Origin: Trichoplax adhaerens
Taxonomy: Eukaryota > Animalia > Placozoa
Assembly (NCBI RefSeq): GCF_000150275.1
Contig: NW_002060944.1
Span: 7,640,735-7,704,734, forward strand
Length of the DNA stretch: 64,000 nucleotides
Direction: 5' to 3'
Position numbers and translations under genes: made by a program. Below are positions 24,901-38,700 of the stretch, piece after piece. The notes beneath the pieces are model-generated. The model was not told where the DNA came from, did not search any database, and saw only the letters and a program-made list of their open reading frames with translations. The first letter of the stretch is position 1; each line of letters opens with the position of its first letter.

Positions 24901-26932
24901 ACTGAACAACTGCTAGTCCCGCTTCTGATAGAGCTTCAAATAAGTGATCTAAGCAAGTGTTTCATAGTTATCGTATTTATTAAATTTTATTTTAACTCAA
25001 ATCAACTTTTATAGGGTTGATTCTGTAAATCCTGAGCTATATGATACCGGATATATTTTGATTCATTAAATCTTCGGCTGTAACTGCGCCCCATTCAACG
25101 GTTTTTAGCATAAGTTTTAAAATGGTAGTTTTGATCCCATCATCAGATCCTGATAGGAACTGTTTCAGTTATAAGTAAATAATTCATAGTCAAAGTTTTC
25201 AATGAATTACAGTACATTTAGAAATGATATTTAGATGTTACGAACGATACTACCATTCCAATCTTGGTAAGTAGTCGAAAAATCATATCTGTTGTGATAG
25301 ATTCAGAAGCAGATCACTATTACAATTCGTGAAACAGAGCTAATTTACTTCATACGCGAAATATGGTCCGACTCTTACTTTTGAACAAGTTTAAAATTAG
25401 CTTGCATTCATGAGCATCTCTTTCATGTGTGGTCCAATTCTCTGCTATATTTAATAAGAGAACTGAAAAGAACTAATATCGTTAAAAATTGTAAGTTTAT
25501 ATCCTTAATTAATTAAAGTAATATAGCTATTCCAATATCGACTAACCCAACATATTCCCTTGTAATAAAACATTATTTGATTCAAGAATAAGTTCAGGGA
25601 TCTCGGTTAGCAACTCTGCGACTTCGTTACCTGATATGGCAGCACCTAAACCTTCATCAAAGATGATGTAATATAAGTGTGAAGATGCCAGCTGGGCGTT
25701 CTCGTTGTCTTTTGCTAGGCAGCTTTTCAATAACAGCATTATAGAATCTACTAAAAATAAGCCAGAATAAAGAATAATTGCAGATGCAAAGTTTAAACAA
25801 ATACTAGCGTAACTGTAAAACACATGCAATACGAATGGTGAAAACACTGCTATGAGCTATTTTTTTAATATCGTTTCTAAGATCTTCATTAAGAAAAGTT
25901 ATCTAGCAGATTGGAGAATATCACTGATTAGATAAATTTAACATTTATTGTACCCGATTTTTGGAAGATTTCTGCTATAATTGAAGGATAGGCAAACCCA
26001 ATCTTACTTAAACACTGTAGTAAGTTGAAGGATTCCCCCAAATTAATCGATTTTTCCAACTGAAAGAAAGAATTAAAATTGAAGTGAGAAGATTCATTAA
26101 TTCATAAATCACAAGTTTATGAGTAGGCAAAATTCAAATTTCACATTTTTAAAACTTATATAGTAAATCTATCCTATACCAGATACTATGATATAATGAA
26201 GGATTATATTGACATGTTATAATCGAAACATTGACGTGCGCTACATAAATTCCAGAATTTTAAAGAGTTGATACATCTCTGCTTAATAAAATACGCTACA
26301 TATAAGAATTTAACATTATTCACCTTGTTCACAAAGCAGTCTACCAACACACCATGAATTTTTTTTTTTATTAAGTGTAAACCAATATGTACCACAACTG
26401 AATAATAAAAGGATGTAGATATTTAATCATAACCTCCAGCGGTACGCGGTAACTAGTTGCTATTCTAGGCCTTATTTTCTATAATAGCGTATAGCCTTTT
26501 GACTTACTATCTATGACAAGTCGACCTATTGTGTTGTCGTTGTTGTCGAAAAATTCTAAAATTTATGGAATAAAGAATATTCACAAAAGTTGATGGTTAA
26601 CTTTTTCATTTTTAAAAATATAAAATTTTTGATTAAAATCAAAATGAAATAGTCAATAAAACCAGTCTATACGAACCCAGAATGACTTTCAAAAGGTAAT
26701 TGGTAACAGGCAATTCGCTTTCCAGTAAAGTATAGAAATCAGATTGGAACTCTGAACTTAAATCATAGAGTTCTGATAGCATCGTCTTCTTTGTATTTTT
26801 TGAAGTTGCCTCGCTTGTGATGTTACCGATGAGGCAGGTAATACACAAAAAGGAATTATTAGTAGTTTTTAAGATCGTCCATCTATCAGCGTGGTTGTCA
26901 TGATCATTTAATAAAGGAACTGCAGAAAGCAT
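18938..26932 (-). CDS. MEI1: Meiosis inhibitor protein 1-like (MEI1/PRD1 family, helical-repeat factor for meiotic DSB formation); many short exons; exact start uncertain
   Basis: The N-terminal exon HDNHADRW...LCITCLIGNITSEATSKNTKKTMLSELYD aligns to recalled human MEI1 [37 protein letters not shown]. Later exons are colinear: LLLKSCLAKDNENAQLASSHLY vs [28 protein letters not shown] vs EFLFEHL; NCILKML...MYG vs NCLTLL...VYG; LLAEILQ vs LFAEILT; LAVFMRRD vs SAFLRKD. The first ~12 exons and last 3 exons splice in frame; stop TAA at 18940-18938. The middle exons were only partly checked. Confidence 0.82.
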
Positions 26933-29900
26933 AGTAAATATCACTGATTGGTCTTCCAATATCTTTCAAAAAATTTCAAAGAAAATGTTTAAAGATAGAA
27001 GGATTTTCTTCCAATTAAAGCGAATTTCACAGAGAATGACACAAGTTACAAAGAGGATTAGCGTATTCTATTGACGTTATGTAGAGTATTGGTATATGGC
27101 CAGTTCGGGTTACCAATAAAGAATTTCTCTGCCTAATTTAATTTTATACTAGTATTCAAAGAAGCAAATTCAAAATCTTGCGGCTATAATATTTGTTGGA
27201 AGGTTTGCTTGCTCACATTCACAGTCATGTAAAAGGCGTCCATTAAACGAATTCTAAAACAGTGAGACTCTTACTCTCAATATTAAACCTTATATACAGT
27301 ATCTTAAAAAAGAAGATTATGCAGTACGTACGTTTAAATGGAGATCGATAGCGAAATAGAGTGACACTACGTAAGCGTCACTGTTTTGCAATGGAGCAAT
27401 TATTTCACTGAACACTTACTGTAATGCTTTGAACCAAGAGGTTTAGAAAAAAGTAAAATTAGAATTAAGTTAAGGATGGGAAATTAGAAATTGAATAAAA
27501 TGGTTTAAATTTTAGTAAATATACAAGGAAAACAGCTTCGATTCGTAAGTCAACAGGATAATTTTCGATAGCCTAAATCTCTGCTTAATGACCATCAAGT
27601 AGATTACAATCCTGGTAGGATTAAAGCAGAGAATCCATGATTGAAATGGCACATTAATTTCTATGTATAAAGCGAAATTTTTTATTTCTAATAGTAAATC
27701 TTTTATTTAGGACGAAATCGAGTACGTTAAGCTAAGGGATGTCGCTACATAAGCGCCACTTTAACGCAATATTAAAATTTTTCACTGAATGCATATCTTA
27801 AATATTGCCATAAACCAACAATTCTCAGATAAAATGAAAATAGAACGAAGTTAAAAATGTCAAACTAGAAATTACATAAAATATATAAAATTTTATAGTA
27901 ATTACAGAGAAATTGAATTCAGTTCATAAATTAACTGGTTGATCTTTAACAACTAAAATCTCCAATTAATAATCATAGGCTGTGATACTCAGAAGCCATT
28001 GTATTTCCGGACTCAAGATAGGGCGATTCGTGATGGAGATGGCGCATCAATTTCAGCATAGAAAGTTTTATTTCCATTTCCTATATTAAACTTTATATTT
28101 ATTTAGAAAGGAAGACGCTGCGTTCACTTGATAGATGTTGACACATAAGCATAAATTTAGTGTACCATTATAATTTTCTTCACTGAATATCAATCTTGTT
28201 ATGAATAAACTATTTCAGGCAAAGCGAAATGATATTAGGTTCAAAATTTTAATCTAAAAATTGTATCAAAATGCTTGAAGTCCCATGACAAATACACAAG
28301 AGAAATAGTTTTTAGTTTTCGTATTAGGAGAATGATTTTCAACGACCAAAAATCTATAATCAAATACATTGATTACCATATTCGTATTATCATTATATAG
28401 CCGTGAATTCAAGATGGAGAGATCCACAATTGAGATGACGCTATATAATTGGTATCAGTCATAATTGTCATTAATCATCGTGGTTGAAATGTTGAAACTA
28501 TCGTTGCCTTAATATTTTGTTTCTGTTTCTTTAGATAGGATGAGTACAGTGGCATACAATCCTCCTGCTACAGGGAATATACCACGGAAATCCTGCTTTG
28601 ATATTTTAGATACATTAGATTATGTACTAATTTGTACTTGTGTAGTAAATGAGGAAGACAAATAATTTATTAAAGAGCGTTTTATTTCATAATAAGTCAT
28701 AATTTTGTCATTCTATATTCATAGTCGTAGTAGTTGTTTATTGTGGATACGTTACTAAAATATGAAAGTTTATAATATGCTGTCGATTTAAAACTAGGTA
28801 AACTAACAGTCTGGAATTTAGAATACTAGAATTTACATCTAGGTAAACAGATACTAGTTCACTGACAACTACAGATCCAAACAATCACATCCATTCAGAA
28901 AAATCTGATTCGACATTATATACAATTAATATTGATGATAAAATTTAATTATAGCGAGATGAATAAAGAACGAGTGGATTATTTACTTAAAGCTAATTCA
29001 TAAATGATATTGTATGTTCGATACCAAAAATTCCTAATTTATGAGTGCGTTTCAGCACGCATATAGGCTGCTGGTTATTAATATATCGTTATTAAAAATC
29101 CAAAGCAAATTATTAATGTACCCATACATGAAATTATATAAAGATATGATCCGAACGAACCGCTAAAGTGTTTGATACTACGAGTTGCGGTTAATAGAAG
29201 AGCCTTTTGATCTCTCTGCAATGATCACTGTTATAAGATTTAACGTATGATACAGTGTCAATACATGTAGTCGGATTTAAATGTAGTTAAGTTTGAAATC
29301 CTACTGTGCTTTTAAATTTTACATAATGATTTATTATTTTACTGCAAGATAACATGATATATTTTTCTGTATCTTGTCTAGACAGTATTGATCATATATT
29401 CTATTGTTACGAATTAATTATGTTTTTATCCTTACTGCCTATCAATAGACCTAAATGACAATTCTGGCTTACATCAACATCAACTGGAAAACTATAAACT
29501 AAAATTATGCACCGGCTTTTAATATGGACAAGACCTCATACTGGTGAAAAAATGTTATTTTTTTACGCTATAGGTTGCAGAGATGATACAATCACTCATT
29601 ATTTTCAAAGAATTTCGAACTTTTAAATCAAAGCCAAGCCAGTCACCCGTACTGTATATTGTTAAATTGTAATCAATAGAGATGGGCTGAAAACGCTCGG
29701 CTCTCGCCCAATAATTTTAATTTAGAGTGAATCATGCAATAATACGAGGTTCATTGAACCAATTAACTAATTCTATCTTTATAATATTTACTGATATTAG
29801 CTGTTTGATGATGACATAATACTGAGTAAATTGCCCAAACAAATAAATAGATATCGTAATTCTAGATTGATTTTTGTCGTATCTGTATGAAAGTGAGACT

Positions 29901-32199
29901 TGCAGTCCTTTGAATATTGTCGCAGTTTAAGACAGGATCACATATAGTGCTTTATTATATTTCCTTCTGGGTGATTTATACCCGGTACAGTGCTCGATAT
30001 CGAATAGTTATACGAAATTTTCTCTCCAAGTTGAGTACCTGGTACTCTGTTGTATCATTAACATTGTACGCTTAGTTTTATTTTGCTAAGTAGAAAAACA
30101 GTTAAATAAAATTTCCTTCGGAAATAAGTATTGCAAGATATATTGAACATTAAGATATAGAAGCTTAAGTTTAGTTTTCTGAGAAGATAACTGGACCCCG
30201 ATATTCATTAGGAGAGCTGTAATTCATAGCAGGCTTATTGTGATTAATATGGGTACGTCTTATGCGGAAAAAGAAAACAGTACAAGATTACTTGTTACCG
30301 TACTAGCTCTTTTGATTGTGCACGATGTGATATATTGTACGTATACAGTATACTATACTTATCTATAGCATTTTAAACAAAGCAATTTGATTTAAGCAAG
30401 GAAGATCTAGCATAAATGTATTTATAACAATTAAATTAATTATCAAATATATCTATTACTGAAAAATAATCTTGTGTACTTTAGAGCCGTTTTCAAAATA
30501 ATTATTTGCACTTATATATTGACATCATTCTGAGATGGATTCGCTGGTCCCTTCAAACGTTATACTGTACATTAATATCTTACAAATGTAACTTTTTAGT
30601 TTATTAAAAGCAATTGGAAGAAATATGGCATCGATACCGTAATTATTTTCTACAAAATTATCTAACTAATGCAAGAATATTGATATAAATACAACTAGCC
30701 CGGAAATATATGTTTTTATTCTTTTTAGCCTTACGTACCATACACCAACATCCTAATAGCTACTGTAATTTGTTTTCTCTTTCTTATCACACGTGTACTA
30801 TATTTATACGCATAGGCGTACTTGCACTTCAAAAAATTACCGAAGCAATTGTAGCATTCAAAACAGTGAGGTACTGTGCTCTCTAATATGCTGTATATTC
30901 GCAACACTCGTAAACGGAGATAGAACACTATCGTTCTGCAATCGGTAAGGTAGCTGACATAATGTAAGTAGCGCCACGTTGGTATCTTATTTGTTTTAGT
31001 GCTGGGGTTTATGATCCATATTTTGTTTTTCATTTAAGTGACGGTGTAGTTCTTTCGATGAGAATTATGTCGCTTTTCACCTTTCATTATCATTTTAAAA
31101 AGCAGATTACATAATCCCTAATGTACAGTATAATATTTCAAAGCTAAATGTGATCTATTTCCACACTACTACTTACTAAACGGGTGCTATCGGTGATATT
31201 AAGATATTTTGATTAGGTCAAAATAATTCATACTTCAAAGACAGTTCAGGGCTGTAAGAGAAATATAGCGCGTAAGTTATGCGTTGTCAAAGGTGTGAAG
31301 AGTAAGAAAGGGTTGATAAATGGAGTGCTATAACTCTACTTGCAAATCATATTGAACTTCATAGATATTCCGATCATTCTACGTTGCCTTCAGGTTAAAG
31401 CTTTTCATACAAAACGTTCATTTATTATATCTAGATTCATTAAGAATAGAGAGATAGAAAATTAAGTTTACGCGTATGCATTTCTGTATGACATGTGATG
31501 TTGTTTGGTGACTGTAAGGGTTTCCATTCGCTATTCCTCTGCCCATTTTATTAACCAATTAGAAAGGAATACAATCAGAATAGTCATAAGTTTGTACCTG
31601 AGCAATGTATGCAAGGTAGAACACTGGAAAAGTATTCCCTTCTAATTATCTTAAAAGAATCGTTGATTGAGTAAAAATAAAACTAATTGACCTGAGCTAA
31701 GTTAAGAAAGCAATGGTAGGACAATTCAAATTACATAAAAAAGAAGCATTTCTACAAGCGATGAAATCCACTTTAGTAATTTGTATTAGCAACGGAAATT
31801 ATTTTATCGTGCTGAAGTTGTTATTCATATCAAGAGGTGCCCAAGTAAACAAATAGAATAGAGGATATCATTGAACAATGGGATATACTAGTGAAATAAG
31901 TTTAGTAAAGCTCTGGCAGTAGTGCTAACGCTACTTGGGCTACATATTGTTATGACACATAAAGCATACAGTAGAGGTAATTTTGTGACCCCCAATTGAT
32001 GATGCGTCTATCAGCCTAATGTTGTCTTTTCTTTACTATGCAAACGTTTAGAAAGTTAATTATGAACTCTTTACATGTTTATTACTCATCATTTTCATTA
32101 ATCATTATGATTACTGACGTATTCCAACTATCCACATTGCATAATAGGGAAGTAATCAACGTGAGATGCGAATAATAATTAAAATAAATACTAGGGTTA

Positions 32200-32640
32200 A
32201 TTTGCAAGCCAATGCCTCATTTTATGCGTAATTATAGCTATTCATTAATTGGTTGAGACTGGATAAGAGGTGGAGTTAAAATGATGATTGGCATTTTTAA
32301 TAGATGCATTCTATTCAAATGCGTGCAAGTTGGCTCTTCAGCCAACTTGCATTGGTAATAGACTTCTTCTAGCGTTGTGGGCTGGGTCGCCACTTCTTTC
32401 CAAGGTTATCACGATTTGGTAAGGTTGAACTAGATATTGAACTTTTTGCAATTAGATGATAACTTGATAGTTGGAACTCAATTATCTTGATAGAATTGTG
32501 TCTAGTTTATTTAATGGATACGTTAATTTATAGAGTCAGCAAGATTGGCAAGCGTTAGCTTATGCTTTGGGCTTGTTCGCGACTTGGTGGAGAAGATTGG
32601 ACTTGCAAAAACTTCAACTTTATATAAGCGTAGAGGAAAG
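32200..32640 (+). promoter_or_regulatory. Putative myosin heavy chain promoter/5' region: CCAAT-box cluster, inverted repeat and TATA-like box
   Basis: CCAAT/ATTGG at 32209, 32248, 32287, 32351, 32544 and 32596; perfect inverted repeat at 32324-32351; TATATAAG at 32621-32628, ~110 bp before the ATG. The TSS is unknown and a 5' UTR intron (~32419-32533) is possible. Confidence 0.45.
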
Positions 32641-32735
32641 ACGTCTTACACTATATTGTCTAGTGCAGTAGGTGGTGAACTAGTCTTTAAACTCAGTCAA
32701 TACTGTAGGGGTGATCGATTGAGTTAGCCGACAAC

Positions 32736-35700
32736 ATGGACGACGCTGAAGGATTTTTGCGGCAAAAATCGCAAGCCGTCACCGAGAGTATCGATTCCAA
32801 GAAATGGGTTTGGATCGAAGATAAGGCTGAAGGATATCTCTCTGCTAAAATTCTAGAAGTCAATGGCGAAACTTTATCGGTTGAAGTCAATACTGGACAG
32901 GTAAATATCAAATTTATCCAATTTCCATTCCGCTCTATTCCACTCAATTAGTCATACTCCAATCTGTATCCGCCCATAATCCAACTATTGCAAGCGGTGG
33001 CAACGAAGTACAATAAAGTTCATTTGCAATGCAATAAAATTCTATCTAAAATAATTTGATATCGTCTCTTTGAGTTGACTTGTGATACATTGATCAACTA
33101 ATTTGATCTATTTTAATTCCATGCTAGCGATAGCATGGATTAAAAATAGAGTCCATGCAGTTTTAACAAGTCCAACAGTACCAAGCAATCTAATTAACGC
33201 TATTAAAATGACGCTGATGAAATGTCCGACCGTATAGTGTTAACGTAGCAATGGGCCGTAATATCTTGAACTTTAGCCCTCCAAAAAATTACCTTATCAT
33301 TAAATAATTCTTAATTTTATCTTGTAGCGATTAACGGTTAAGCGTGATTTAACCCAACAAATGAATCCAACAAAATATGACAAAGCTGAAGATATGGCAG
33401 CCCTGACCTATTTAAATGAAGCTGGTGTCTTGAATAATTTGAAACAGCGTTATTTCAGTGGAATGATCTATGTAAGTAATCAAAGTATGCCCACAATTTC
33501 CTATTAGCATGAACGTAGTAAAAACATTCTAGCATCAAGCCTGTTAATGAGATCTCGATTTGAAATGATTTATGATATTGAGATAATTTTTAAACAAGCT
33601 CCAAACGATCATTGCACAATGGACATTTTCTTTTTTCAAACTTAAAGCTACTGTTAAAAATGCTCTTCTGTCATCTTTATTTTCTACGTTAATACGATAT
33701 TTCCATTATTATACGCTAACACTATTCTATTTTATATCTCATTTTGAGTAAATAGGATAAACTTAATAATGTTCGTTTAGCGATATACGAGTCGTATTGT
33801 AAGTTCTATTATGTAACGGTTTGAATAAGTAAGTGTTTTATAGTACTTGCATACACTATTACAGCATTAACTACAATTGCGGATAATTGTTCGTTTTTAA
33901 CTACAATTATTCATCCAGCGACTTTTCCTTAACCTTAGACAGCGATCGTTAACATTTAATCGAACAAACATGTACAATTCTAGTAGCGTCGAGGCAGTAT
34001 TAAAACTAGATTTAATGAACAATATTTCTATTTCTATCAACCTTTGAAATGATCTATTAATGTAACTATTGAGGACTTTTATACCATTTTTATTATTTCT
34101 ATTATTTAATTTACTTTAACCACTAACGAGCGTAAAAACCAACAATTAATCATTGATTTTGTAAGAAATTTTCATAATTTTGTTAAAATTACTGTAGTAA
34201 TGATAGGTTGCCATGATTCATTTTCGTACACCATACAGCGTAAGTTAATTAAATTCATCGATGCAATCGGAAAGACGCGATGCTTATATTGCTATTTATT
34301 ACGTATGCACGGCAAGGACTCCAGACGAAAATTACAATTTATCTTTAGTAGCACGTGCTAGTATGAGGCCGTAAATCTACCTATCAACACATTTCACTGA
34401 TCCAATTTTATAATACTAATAATGCATACTCTTAATTAAAAGAGAGTAGTATAGCGATTCCACTTCAATATTGTGACTGCACTATAGAGTATTAGCAGAA
34501 ATGTTTATCTTGCAAGTCTAATGTAAACTCGCCACGAAGGATCGAACCTATTCATGCTCTACGAGTACTTATAAATGACCCATAATAATAAGTAAAGGGG
34601 TAGTTGAACAATCCCATCTACTAAATATCTTCAAATAGTAATACTGTGCAATAAAAGACTGAATACTGGCTTCAGTAAAAGTGTCCAAAATATCTTATTT
34701 ATTTCGAGATTCAAACGTTTAAGTGTAATAAATGTACTATCGGCCAATACACAATTGTATTTAGTTAATAATATGTAATAATATCAGAATTACTTTAATC
34801 GTCTGTTCTTTACAAAATATTTAAGACTAGTAAGGGTGTAACATTATCGTCAATAGCTTTACATGTTGGTATAAATTACAGTCAATAACTCAATAACTAG
34901 AGCACTTGATCTCAATTCTATTCCAAAAGCCTATTAGGTTAAAAAAAGAGCAGAGAATAATTAATGTATATTATACGCATTATGATGAATTGAAGCTTTT
35001 TCATGCTTTCTTACAGTACAAGAGGGTATCGAATTAATTTTTAGATTACCTTATGGTATTATCTGTCTTCAGCTTGGATTGTAAAATATTCATAATTTTG
35101 CGTAGACCTTTCTTATTAACAAGTCTGGGATAATTGAACCGGATTACTGCCGTACTATTACTCTAAATTTTTAACTCTGTTAATTATCGTTCCGACGATA
35201 CGTCTGATCTTATTCACTTTCAATGCTATGTAATAGAAAAGCATTTCCTTTTGACAGACGAATTATGATGGAAATTGAAAATTTTCATGATTAATCATGA
35301 TTGCCAATCATTGATTGGGATTGTTGTAAATTATTCGCCCATTGGAAAAACGGCTAAACTAATCCTAACGTTACTACTACGAATTTTAATGCGTTACACA
35401 TACTGAAATATAAATGAAAGACACTTTTTAAATATCATTGTCTGTTCAATCCTAACCAATACCATTATAACTTCATTATAACATCATTACACTAATTACT
35501 AGCGTTAAGCATTATTTATAAGATGCATCATTGAACTTCTTTTACTAGAGAAATACCACGATATGTTTTTGATCCCGATCTAGTGATACTTTTTAAAATT
35601 GATTTTTTTATCGTTACTTTAGAAAGAGTTTTATTTTGGTCGACGAAGACATTACAGTAGTTTAATTATTATTGAAAATTCTACAACGTCATTTAATTGG

Positions 35701-38700
35701 CTATACTTACGTCTATTTACAGACATATTCAGGTCTCTTTTGTGTAGCTGTCAATCCTTACCGACGTCTTCCAATATACACCGATAAAGTAGTGGAAATG
35801 TACAAGGGCAAAAGAAGAGCTGAAATGCCACCTCACATTTTCTCCATTACCGACAACGCGTACAATGAAATGTTACAAGGTTAGGATAATTAGGGCTTAC
35901 GACACAAAATCTCGATAGTTTGCTGAATTATTAATACTGTAAATAGTACGGTAGACTACAATTACAAGAACCGTAAGTTAATATGGCTGACTTAAAATCA
36001 CATGTTTTGCTTCCATTTTAATCTTAAAACAGAGCGAGAAAATCAATCCATCCTAATCACGTACGTATCGCATCGTAATGATTCTTTTATTAATCAATTG
36101 ATATAATCGTAACAATTAACATTTATATTCCATCAGTTTATAATATATATATATAAATTTAACGTATGTAATATCCTGTCCGTTCATAATATACTGGTAT
36201 CTTTTATCATCACGTACAATTATAATACTATTTACGTATAAGTGAAAATGATAGAATCATTTGCACGATCTTTCAGACTTATTAAAAGTGTAGATATGTG
36301 CACTTGCTATAAAAAATCGTTCAAAATTTCTAGCAACGGTCATAGTTAAATTCTTATTCCTCAAATTATTGCAAAAAAATGCTAAGCTAGTTTGTAATTA
36401 TCTCAGCGGTGAATCAGGTGCTGGTAAAACAGAAAATACCAAGAAAGTTATACAGTATGTGGCGACTGTAGCCGGAACTGGAGAAACTAAATCTGAAAAG
36501 AAGCAGGTACAAAATAAAATTTTTTAACTATAACAACTTCTAAATTGAAGTTTAAGGAATCGGTATACTGCTGGAACCTATAGAAAGATTTAACTGATTT
36601 ATCTGGTAGTTTCTATGTTACTGGAAACTAAAAAATTGAATAAAGTAGATCTTAGGCTCATTATCTTGCTTATCCTAAACCAGTTTCTTATATTTGGATT
36701 TTAAACTACCTACAGATTTAAACGGGTTTTACAGTTTACTTCTAGTTGAGAGGGTTACTAAAATTATTTTATTTACTTTGAACTTTTGTTCTAGAACTTG
36801 GAAGATCAAATTGTTCAAGCTAATCCCCTTATGGAAGCTTTCGGTAACGCAAAGACAATCCGAAATAACAATTCTTCACGATTTGTAAGTAGGGTTTGCA
36901 GCATCTTAATTTCTGATTATCTATAAGGATTACTTAAGGGTATAAGCATCAGATATCCTGCTTAAAAGTTGCATAAATAAGAAATACAATTTATATGCAT
37001 ATAATTATCACTGCACCTCCTTTACTATATCTAATGGAATGCTTTTCGATGTAATTGAAAGGGTAAATTTATTCGAGTACATTTTGGCCTACATGGTAAA
37101 ATTGCTGGAGCGGATGTTGAATCATGTTAGTTGAATGGATTTAAAGCTACTTAAATATAATTTTACCAAAACCATTACTTCTACTATCTAAATTCAATTA
37201 ATGATACCTAGAACTCCTTCAATTTAAAGTCTTTAGTAACGGTCAAAAAATAATATAGTAAAAATTTCATTTATTAATTATAGATCTACTGGAGAAATCT
37301 CGTGTTGTTTCACAAACTTCAGAAGAGCGAAATTACCATGTCTTCTACCAAATTTTAACTGCAGCAGATGACCAGATGAAAGGTTAAACACTTGTGATAA
37401 ATACTGAAAGCATTCAATTTACTTGATAATCTTCTACTAATTATATCTATATCCGTATTACAGAAAAATATTTAGTAACGGGTAAACCTGAAGATTACAA
37501 GTTCTTAAGCGAAGGCGTAGCGCGAATTGATGCAGTTGACGATGAAGAAGAATGGCATGCGACATGTGTACGTAGCATATCTATAGTTTACTAAATACTA
37601 CTTGATATTTTATGACAAATTATTGTAAAAAAAATTGGATATCATATTGCAGCTAGTAAGATTAGTTGATAAAATTGATATCCAATAATTTTGAATCTTA
37701 AAATATTTCTGGGAAAATTGTAGGATTCTATGAAAACTCTACGCTTTACAGATGAAGAGAGGGGCTTCCTTATTAAAGTCGTTATGGCTATTCTGCATTT
37801 TGGCAATGTTAAATTCAAGCAACGCCCAAGGGAAGAACAGGCTGAATGTCCTGATACCGCAGGTTTCTAGATTGCCATTGACACTCACTCTTGCTTAATT
37901 GTCTACCTGCGTCACATAAATATAAGCAAAATTTATAAAATTAAAACCTGAAAAGCAATCTCTTATCCTAATGATTTATTGTTCCATATCAGATGCTGAA
38001 AAGGTGGCATTCTTGCTTGGAATTCAAGTTGCTGATCTTGTGAGATCTTTGCTGAGGCCAAGAATTCGTGTGGGCCATGAATACGTACAACAGGGAAGAA
38101 ATTATGAACAGGTATGTATAAAATTTGATATTGCCTACATTATATTGTTTAATCAGCAGCATTAATCTGAAAGTCATATTTGCTATAATTATAGGTTGTT
38201 TCTTCCGTAGCCGCATTATCTAAATCTCTATATGACCGTATGTTCAAGTGGTTAATTGCTCGCATCAATAAAACTTTAGAAACAAAAGTAAGAAATTTCT
38301 ATCTGACAGTTATCAGCATTGAAAACATCGCTTTAATCAGTAACATTTCTATCACTGCTTTCAGTTCAGCAAGAATTATTTTATTGGAGTACTCGATATT
38401 GCTGGTTTTGAGATTTTCCAGGTTTCATTGAATAATATTATGGTATAGAGTTTCATAATGTAAATGTTAGCAATTCTAAACAGTACTTTTCCCATAATCT
38501 ATACAGGTAAATTTGTTCGAGCAATTGAGTATCAACTACACTAACGAGAAGTTGCAGCAATTTTTCAATCACCATATGTTTATCCTGGAACAAGAAGAGT
38601 ATAAAAAGGAAAATATTGATTGGGAATTTATCGATTTCGGTCATGATCTACAGCCCTGTATTGATCTAATTGAAAAAGTAATTTCTGTGATATAACTTTC

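Noticed and set aside
33923-33942. TTTTCCTTAAC, a perfect U12 branch-point word in myosin intron 2
   Set aside because: No U12-type donor upstream; the intron is GTAAGT...AG and exons 2 and 3 join correctly.
33472-35722. Long myosin intron 2 as a host for mutually exclusive exons or a nested gene
   Set aside because: No duplicated myosin exon or credible ORF seen; no Drosophila-style alternative exon clusters were noticed anywhere in the gene.
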